DNA of 64,000 nucleotides from Chrysemys picta bellii (taxonomy: Eukaryota), in contig NC_088798.1 of NCBI RefSeq assembly GCF_011386835.1, positions 73,594,001 through 73,658,000 on the forward strand, read 5' to 3'. The stretch's first letter is position 1. Each line of letters opens with the position of its first letter. Of the stretch, positions 55,653 to 64,000 are shown in pieces. The notes beneath the pieces were generated by a model. That model searched no databases, was not told where the DNA came from, and worked only from the letters and a program-made list of their open reading frames with translations. Position numbers and translations under genes: made by a program.

Positions 55653-56060
55653 CTTCAGGCCCGGCCCTCTATTCGCACATGCGCACTCCACACAGCATCC
55701 CCAGCCCGGACGCTATATAGCCTAATCATGCATATTAAAGGCGTATTGGGCACAATGCGTCACGTGACGCTGCCAGCTCAAGGGAAAGGAACAAAGGCAA
55801 AGTAGTCGCCATCTTGAAACGGGCGGAAACGCGTCCTGTCCCAGCCGGAAACCATAGACCAGAGCCGCTACCCCGCCCCCAAGCCGCAGCGTGACGGGTG
55901 GCACGTGGGCACCAGAGGCTGCGTGGGGAGGTTCCGGCCTGCACGTCCCTCGCACCCGTTACGTCACGGGCTCCGCCTTACGTCACCGACCAGCACTCGT
56001 CACGTCACCTGCTGCCAGCATCATTCCCCTCCATGCCTGTCCCCTCCCGGGCCGTGGGCG
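55200..56060 (-). promoter_or_regulatory. CpG-island promoter of SLC35A4
   Basis: CpG-dense region around the first coding exon. YY1-type GCCATCTT at about 55648 and 55808, NRF1-like GCACATGCGCA at about 55675, palindromic E-box GCGTCACGTGACGC at 55757-55770, ETS-like CCGGAA at about 55844. Confidence 0.75.
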
Positions 56061-56469
56061 GAGCCCTGTAGAGTCCTGTGTCTCCTGCCTGCCTAATACT
56101 GTAGCTCGTTTCTTTGGGGACGGGGTTTGGTTTACCCACGTGTCGGGGGAGGGTCCGATGTGGGGTGAAGAGCACGCAGGCACTGCCATTACGGGTGGGT
56201 TTGTCATTGCATACATTATGTTTTGTTTTATTTCTAATTTCATATTTGCAAAAAAACACAGGGTTCTACACATAGGTAATCCATGTTCACATGCCCTACA
56301 TGCCCCCTTTCCTTATTCGCATGCATTTGGATACCAACCTGCACATGGAACGTGCCCTACTTGCACACACACAACCATGTGCACGCAAAACATACCTTCT
56401 TGTAGTGGATGGGTCACTACAAGCACTAAAAGAAACTGTTACTCACACCTTCTTGTTTACTGTTTGAAA

Positions 56470-56715
56470 TGAATCACCCTTATTACCACTACAAAAGTGA
56501 TTTTTCATCCTGTTGATAATAGCCCACTTTAATTGAATTCTCTCGACCCCCCACTTGGTAAGGCAACTCCCATCTTTTCATGTACTGCTATATATACCTT
56601 CCTACTGTATTTTCCACTCCATGCATCTGATGAAATGGGTTTTAGCCCACGAAAGCTTATGCACAAATAAATTTGTTAGTCTATAGAAGGTGCCACAAGT
56701 ACTCCTCGTTTTTTT
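56470..56715 (+). mobile_element. Penelope-like 3' end fragment
   Basis: Ends CACGAAAGCTTATGC..AAATAAATTTGTTAGTCT...AAGGTGCCACAAGTACTCC, the same terminal motif as at 13003-13824. Confidence 0.65.
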
Positions 56716-57219
56716 TAGGTTCTCACAGATATCCCCCGCACACATGGGCACCTCAAGTTCTCACAAATACTGCATGGGCACACCCTAACCCATCAGTATC
56801 CCACATTCACATAGCCTGTGTCCACATGAATACTTCAAATACACAGCCACTGGGCACGCACACATAGGCCATGTAAAAATTATATCACACATTCCCAGAA
56901 ATACTACATGTGTATATTGGGCTCACCATGCACACAGATACCAGATTGTTCACATGAACATGGCTACCTGCCCAGTATGCAAGGATAAACCATAGGCACA
57001 CTGACAGCTGCAGAGTGGACATAGTGATCCCATGTGCTTATGGCTACCAGCATGCTCACAGATATCCCCCAGGCAGATCTTCTAAGCACCTTACTAACAC
57101 TGACCAGTTAATTCAGTTGATATCCAATCTAATCTGGGGCCATTTTAATGCACCTCTCACTGCAATATGCCTTTGATAATCCCACCCTAAGGGTTTCCAG
57201 ACCTTCAGATAACATTAGA

Positions 57220-57370
57220 AAGGCAGTGTAATCCAATGGCTAAAGCAGGACACTGAGGGTCAGTAGTTTTGGGTTCTGTTCACAGTTTGCTTCTGACTGA
57301 CTGTGTGACCTTGTTTTGTGCCTCTCAACTTCACTTTGCCCAGCTGTAAAATGGGGATAAAGCTGTTTCC
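57220..57370 (+). mobile_element. MIR-like SINE remnant
   Basis: GGCAGTGTAATCCAATGGCTAAAGCA...TGTGTGACCTTG...CTGTAAAATGGGGATAA resembles the MIR core. Confidence 0.55.
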
Positions 57371-57454
57371 TTCTGGGAAGCCAAATTCATAAAATGTTTG
57401 AGAACCACATTGAGACCTTCAACTTTATAACGACAAGGCAACCTCATTTATCCC

Positions 57455-57720
57455 TGCTGGAATGTGGCTGGAAGTTGAAACTAGACAAATTCTGACTGAA
57501 AATAAGGTATAAAATTTTGACAGTGAGGGTAATTAACCATTGGAACAATTTACCAAGAGTCATGGGGGATTCTCCATCAGTGACAAATTTCAAATCATGA
57601 TTGGATGATTTTCTAAATTATCTGCTCTAAGAATTATTTGGGGACAGTTCTCTGGCCTGTGTTACACAGGAGGTCAGACTAGATGATCACAATGGTTTCT
57701 TCTGGCCTTGGAATCTAAGG
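57455..57720 (+). mobile_element. CR1 3' end fragment related to the full-length element's family
   Basis: GGCTGGAAGTTGAAACTAGACAAATTC...GGTCAGACTAGATGATCACAATGG...GGCCTTGGAATCTA parallels the 3' UTR of the element at 23795. Confidence 0.7.
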
Positions 57721-58599
57721 TGAGTATGAAACACCAGACAGCTCTCTAGCTCAGGCATTTCATAAATGCTGAATAATAGTCCTCTGCCTGTCTCTAGCAC
57801 CTTCTAGCTGAGAATCTCCAAGCACTTTACCAGCACTGAGCAATTAAGCCTCCCAACAGATGTGTAAACCAAGGAAACAGAGTAGGAAGTGATTTATTGT
57901 CAGTGGCAGCACTGCTTGGAACAGAGCCCTGGTCTCCTGACTCCTTGCCCTCTGGTTTACCTACAAGCCCATGTTTCCTCTTAGTGGGGTTGGGAATGGG
58001 ATGACTCTTTAGAGTTAGCTAGACAGAGAGACCCTTCTAAGGTCAGGAGCCCTCTTCAGTGTGAAGCAGAGTTGGGGGGAGTGTGTTGAATGAGGAGGGA
58101 CTGTGTGATGGTCAAAGCCAGCCTTGAACTTTGTCCCCCAGGGCACAGAAAGGAGCTGCCTCTTTAGCTTGTGTCTGAGTGGGGCTGAGTGGAACCCTTT
58201 ATATTTCATTTAAATACCAAGTGTTCCGCTCCCAAGAACCCCAATCCCTGTACTTACCACCGTAGAGCGAGTTCTGCTCCTTGGGGGAGGTGTTTCTAGC
58301 ACGGAAAGCTAGAGACAACAGCAGTTTGCTCACAATAATCCTTCCTCCTACAGCTTTGTGTGGGAAGCTACTCCCCACCCCCTCTCCCAAATGCCCTACG
58401 GCAGAGATGGGTGGCTGAATCTGGTCTCACTGGAAAAAGAAGCTGCTCTCAACATTGTCTCCATAGACCACTCGGGTTTCCTGGCCCTGCTGGGAAAGGG
58501 GCGTCGGGTCCCATTACAGATACTAGGGTGGTGGGTGTGGGAGCCAGTGGGAACCTTAGGATCTCCTTGGACCCGGATCTCTGCTGAACAGAGCTGGCC

Positions 58600-59260
58600 A
58601 GCTGCTCCCTTCCCGGAAGGCGGAGCCAGGGCTCCGCTGAGGGCCGAACAGCGCCCCAGCCCCTCCTGCCAGGCCTCTGCCTCCCCACTGCAGTGGCCCT
58701 GGATGGAAACTGCGCGGAGTGGCCGCCTTTGGCCAGCTCCCTGGCCACAGACGCGGCCTGTCCCTGCACTTAAGCCCCCTCGGCCCGCACCCCATATTCC
58801 CCCTCGCCTGGCCTCCGGCACGCCACGGACCCACTGCCCCTCCCCTCTACCCCTCCCCGTGCACCTCCCCTCCAGCCCCCTCCCCCGGCCCCGCCTCCCC
58901 TGCCCAGCCCCTCCCCGCGCTCCAGCCCGCCGCTGGTCCTGCAGCCGCCGCTCGCCGCGTCCTGTCCCTTCCCCGGGCGCCCGGCTCGCCGAGGCCATGC
59001 TGGGCAAGGACTACATGCTGGCCATCATCCTGGTCAACTGCGACGGTGAGAGCCGGGGGGCCGTGCCCGGGTAGGGCGGGGGCCGGCCGGGCAAGGGGCC
59101 GTGCCCGGGGAAGGGAGGGGGCCGTGGCCGGGCAGAGAGAGAGCCGTGCCCCTGCGCTATGCCGAGGAGGGGCAGAGCGCCAGCCCGTCACCCTGGGCCG
59201 GGCGCTGGGGGCGTGGGTCCCTGGCTCGCTGCAGACCTGTTGCTGGTCACCGGGCTGACA
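58600..59260 (+). promoter_or_regulatory. CpG island around APBB3 exon 1
   Basis: High GC and CpG density surrounding the start codon. Confidence 0.65.
58997..59045 (+). CDS. APBB3: APBB3 (Fe65L2) first coding exon; the rest of the gene was not found in the window
   Basis: ATG in GCCATG context encodes MLGKDYMLAIILVNCD, then G|GTGAG (phase-1 donor). This is identical to the human APBB3 N-terminus as I recall it. No WW-domain exon was recognised before 64000. Confidence 0.88.
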
Positions 59261-62200
59261 CCTGCTGGGGTGACGGTCTGCAAAGGGCTCTCTGCACGGA
59301 GGAGCGAGCGGCCCATGGGTCCCCGGCTGCTTCTTGCCGTCCTGTGTTCTTCCCCCCATGCAGGGGCGCCTCTGCCTCCTCCCGGGTCCTTCCCGCAGGC
59401 TGGCTGGGTCAGTCCGGGCCATGCCTCGGGCAGCTCTCCATGGTGCTGAACGCGGACATGGGCTTGGCTTGGCCTCTCATTTGCCGCTACAACAATCTCT
59501 TGCTCGTTAGTTGGGAGGGCTGCGCTGACGACTGGGAAACCTGGGCCCAACCTCAGATCCGCAGCTCTGCCAGCACCAGGAACAGCAGCCCGGATAATCC
59601 CTTCCCCTCATTTTACTCAACTTTTCTGATGCGGAACGTGTGTGGAGTAAAAAGCAAATCTGGGAGGGCTGAGTGGCTCCGGGGAGGGGAAAGCCAAGCT
59701 GCAGCTGTTCACTGCAAATGGAACAGGTTCCAAATCACCCCGGGGGGGGGGAACTGGCTGGGGGAGGATGGGAGTCAGGTGAAGGTCCTTTATCTCAGTC
59801 CATCCCCAGGTACCATCCCACCTGCTGGCTGATTGGCTGGCATGAAATAAGCTGAGTGTCTCAGTTCAAGTGCCCACATCACACCTGTTTTCCTTGTTGA
59901 AAGTGGAAGCAGAGAGGCCACTGGGCCCCAGACACTGGAGCCTCTTCTTCCTATGTGTGCCACTGCCCGTGCTGTCGACAAGCAGAGGCCAATGGCCCCT
60001 GGCATGGCATCCTGGCACCTTTCTCCACCACCAGGTTCCTGGTGAAGTCAGGAATGCCCTGTAGCTTTTATCCTCACTTTGTTTCTTTGGGAAGTGCACA
60101 GAGTCTGAGTGAGGCAAGGCATGAGAGCTCATGCTCCTTGCAGAGGAATCTCTCTGATGATTATGGGCACATCCACACCCCAGTTTACCTGCATCCCACC
60201 AGGGCTACTGGGCTGCCCTGAGCAAATCCAGGGCCCTTGCATATGCACTTGCTCTTTTGAAAAACAAGACCCACTTGTCCTGAGGCCCCTACTCTGGGAT
60301 TTCCTGCAGCTGGGCAGCTTTGGCCATGCAGCGATGCTGTTACCACCTATTATTGGTAACAGCCTTGCTGAATCAGGAAAGTGCCTCTCTAAAAGGTTAG
60401 CATTGCTAAAGAATTCCAAATGACCCTAAGTTGTTACCCCCTGGTGGCCATCTGGTGGCCTTCGTGAAATGAGTTTGGTGGGTTCCATTTCCCAGCTAGC
60501 AGGTGTCCAAATCACCAAAACCATTGCCAGTCTCAGCCCTGTAGACCCCGCTCCTTTGCACTTGAGAGTCATGGCTGAGGCACGTTGGGCTGAGAAGGGG
60601 TGGGGGCAGTGCTCAGGTTGTGTCAGAATGCTCCAGAACACCATTCTGGGAGATTGAACAGTGTTATAGTACTTCTGCCAGTCCCAGGCCGCCTGCTCCT
60701 TTCTCTCACTGGCTGCAGAGTGTCCTCTGAGAGGCAGGTGCTGGACCCTGGTGGTGGGCTCTTGGAGAGGTGTCAGTGTAGAAAGAGTTGGAGACACTGC
60801 AGCCAGGACCAGGCAGGGGAGCGTGGGGGCCCAGAGCTACCAGGAGCCTAGGGCGGAGCTAGAGCTGGGCAATGTGGGGAGCTGGGCAGTGGGATTGCCT
60901 GGGCAGCAGAGCCCCCCACAGGGAGCTGGGCACAGGTAGGGGGGAGGTGGGCACAGGATGGGCTCCACAGGAAGTCATCCCCTGCTCCCCTGGGCATCCT
61001 CCAGCTCTCTCACTGCCCTTATCTTCCTCCCAGCTCCCTCCACTTCCCCTCTGCTACCTGCTTGGCACTTATTTTCTAGGACTCCAGCACTGGGTGGAGG
61101 TGGGGGAAAACTGGCACTGCCACTGCCTGGACTGCACCTGATCTGTGGCTACAGAGATGAATCACCCTCCAGGGAGTGTCAGGGCATCTCTTGCCAGCCT
61201 GACAGCCACACCAAATGTGTGATGCTGTATAAGCAAATTTGGTTTGTATTAAAGATAATTTGTTGCTAAAGCAACCACTCCCACATAATTTCCCAAAGCA
61301 TCCTGCCCAGCTGCTCCCTTTGCCCCACCAGAGATCAGGAAGATTTCAGTTGCTTCTTCCCAATATGCAGCCATTTAACACCTGAAGGAAAGTTATCTTC
61401 ATCTCTCCCAGCCTCACATGCATCCTGGCCCCTGAGAACTGAGCAGTGGAGGGGAGAAGCTGGAGTTGGGGGAGGCTGTGCGGAGCTGTAGTCCGTTCTG
61501 ACCAGATTAATCTCCATGCTGAAAGCCTGTCGTCCTTTGATTAAATTCCCAGAGTTGGCATGGGTTTGATAGCGGTTTAGTGTCTTTGGGATCAATGTTA
61601 TTATCCTGCCATGTAATTCTGGGCTGGGATTTCTGTCGCAGAGTCATTGGCTGGAGGGTAGAATCAATGACAAGTATGGTGTATACCCACCAACACAGAA
61701 AGACCAGGGTCCCCTAATACAGAAAAGGGGGCAGCATCAGGGCATGGTAAATGTGCTAGTGCCATTGATGGAGAGCGTCTCCCAGGGCCTGATCCTGTGG
61801 GATGCTGAGTGCTCCCAACTCACCTTGAAGTCCCAATGAGAGGTGAAAGCATGCCACGTCCCCAGAATTGGGCCCCAACTGCAGAAGGTGAAGGCCTGTG
61901 CAGGGATGAAGATCCACAGTGCAGCTCAGCTGGCTAGGCTGCAGGGTGCCTCCTCTCCACTCAGTCTCAGGAGTCGGTGTGTCGGCACTCATTCCCAGTT
62001 CTGCCAGAGCCTGGTGCTGCGTGGGAGGCAGGAGGCTTGGGGCAGTTGGGAGGGGCTGTCTGAGATTAGGCTCCGGGCACAGTCTCTCTATGCATTGAAT
62101 GAAAGACAGGAAAAGGCTTGTATTCAAAATATGTCTCTTGCGGAGCCAGTGTCAAGATTCCTGTCACGGGGGCCTCTACTCACAGGGGGCACCTCCTCTT

Positions 62201-64000
62201 GGGTGGTCTAGGCATTAGCTCTTCCAGCCTGAGGCCCTCTTCTTGTGGTTCCTCAGCCTGCCGTCTCACACTCTCACACTGTGGCCCTTCTCTTGTTCCT
62301 CGGGAGCTGCTGCGCCCCATCTTCGGGGCCTAGCCGTTTGACCAAGTAACAGTGCTCCTCCCCTTCCAGAGTACTGTCAACATCTTCCACGCTGTCCCAA
62401 GCTGTGCTTAACCCCACTGCCCTCTGTGACTAGAGCAAATGGTTCTGGACAGTCTTCAAGTTCACAGCCTAGATTGTGCCACTCGCTCAGGGGAACTCAG
62501 GCCCGCTCCCTACACTGGGACCCTACTAGAGACTCTATCTCCAGCAGCAGAGCTCTGTACTAGCACAAACCTTCCTGCCTCTCCCCTGGAGTGCTTCCTA
62601 CCTTGCCTATCCCAGCCTCGCGTTCTCCACCCTTCTAACCAAACCCCAATCTCCTGGGTTGCTAGACAACACAAACCCTTCCTCTTGGGTCCAAATCCCT
62701 TTCTCCCCCTTGTCTCAGGGAGAGTGACTGCCAGTGACTCCCTGCAGCCTCCTTTCTGCTCCCAGCTCCCTGGCTTTCTAGAAGCCCCGTCTCTTCCTGC
62801 ACCGGTGAGCTTCCCTCAGTTGGGGCTTTCCCGTCAGCCTAAATGGCCCCTACTTTGCAGCCCCTCTGGCCCACGTTATCCGCTTCTGGGAAAGCATGAG
62901 GCTCACCCCATCCCCTCCAGGCCAGCTGCCTCTGGGCACTGGGGTGCAGAACACGGATCCCCAGTCTGTCAGAAGTGAGGCCAGCTCCCTGGGGGTGGGC
63001 ACCAAGCAGTGTGCACCCTCTGCAAACAACCCAACCAATGAGATCTCTGGGAGAACGTGGCTGAGAGTCCAGGGTGGGGAGGAACCTTGAAGTGATGCTG
63101 TGGCCCAGGAAGCTGGTCTGACCACAGCTGCCTGGGGTCAGGACAGCAGCTGGCCCTTTAGAGGGGGGCTTCTCTGCTGCATAAAGGGGTGTGGGTTGTG
63201 TCATTCCTGCTCGTTGGTAGTTGGCAAAGCCGCCCATCCAGCGGGCTTGTTTCGTAAACTGCTGTTCCCACTTAGGAACCTGCCTTCTTGCTGAGATCCG
63301 CAGCAGGATGCTGACGTTGCAGTGGTGGCAGCTTTCCCCAGGTGTGTGTGTGTGTGGGGGGGGCTGGCGAGTCCCGCACTGCTGAACCTTTGGGACGGCC
63401 CCACCCCTCAGCAAGGAGAGGGAGGCTCCCCGTTGCCTGGTATTTTAGACAAGCTGAGGGGCAAGGACACAAACTCGTTCGCCCTTCCCTTCTGCAGGGC
63501 ACCTGGCGGGTCATTGCGCCTGACCTCCTGGGAGTAGGTCATCCAGGGAGCCAATTCGAGTGCTAGGCTAGGAGAGGCATGTGCAGTTGAGGGGGGCAAA
63601 GCCCAACGGGGTGTGGCTGTGCGGGAATGAAAAGGAAAATTTAGGCTGAGTCTCAGGGACCAATTTCCTGACAGTGCAGCAGGAGGGGCGGGGGTGGAGG
63701 GGCTGGGAGCCCCATTGCTTGAGCAATTAGGATCAGACGGGATGTAACCATGCCTGGGGAATGCACCCTTGGGATAGCTGCCGTGGCCCTAGTGGGGAAC
63801 CTGCTCCTGTTCGGAGGATTAGGTTTCAGGTCAACAGGCCTTAATTTCAACTCCACACCAACAGTTTCCTCCCCCAGCTCCTCTTAGCACTTGCTCGGCC
63901 AGGTACTGCAGATCTGGGGCCTGACCTAATGCTCACTGACATCAGGGGAGCCGTGACTACAAAGGGCCATTAGTGCTTTTGCCTTTCCCTCCAGCCCCCT

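Noticed and set aside
59046-64000. Search for APBB3 exon 2 (WW domain, LPPGW...YYW) and for other genes in the 100-240-aa ORFs here
   Set aside because: No matching exon or recognisable domain was found; this is treated as APBB3 intron 1.

Overview
Vertebrate genomic DNA, very probably a turtle (judged from the tortoise-type tRNA-derived SINEs, CR1, Penelope and hAT families). The window is syntenic with the mammalian CD14-SLC35A4-APBB3 block. Left to right it holds: (1) a CD14-like LRR receptor (+, CDS 6157-7506) with a TLR-type LRRCT cap and a transmembrane tail, with a young non-autonomous ERV (2113-5944, -) just upstream of the coding exon; (2) a stack of nested transposons and CR1/SINE/Penelope fragments; (3) a 17-exon, 660-codon gene (+, 19327-46838) that no single ORF in the track reveals. 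I assembled it by hand from GT-AG exons with consistent phases. It encodes a kinesin-motor-like fold in which the P-loop, switch I, switch II and the L12 microtubule-binding motif are all degenerate, followed by coiled coils, i.e. a candidate pseudokinesin; (4) a full-length CR1 LINE with both ORFs intact, antisense in intron 5 of that gene; (5) the bicistronic SLC35A4 locus (-), with a spliced 103-aa upstream microprotein ORF and a 325-aa transporter ORF; (6) the first coding exon of APBB3 (+). All calls are by eye from the sequence and remembered family motifs. No alignments, searches or expression data were available.
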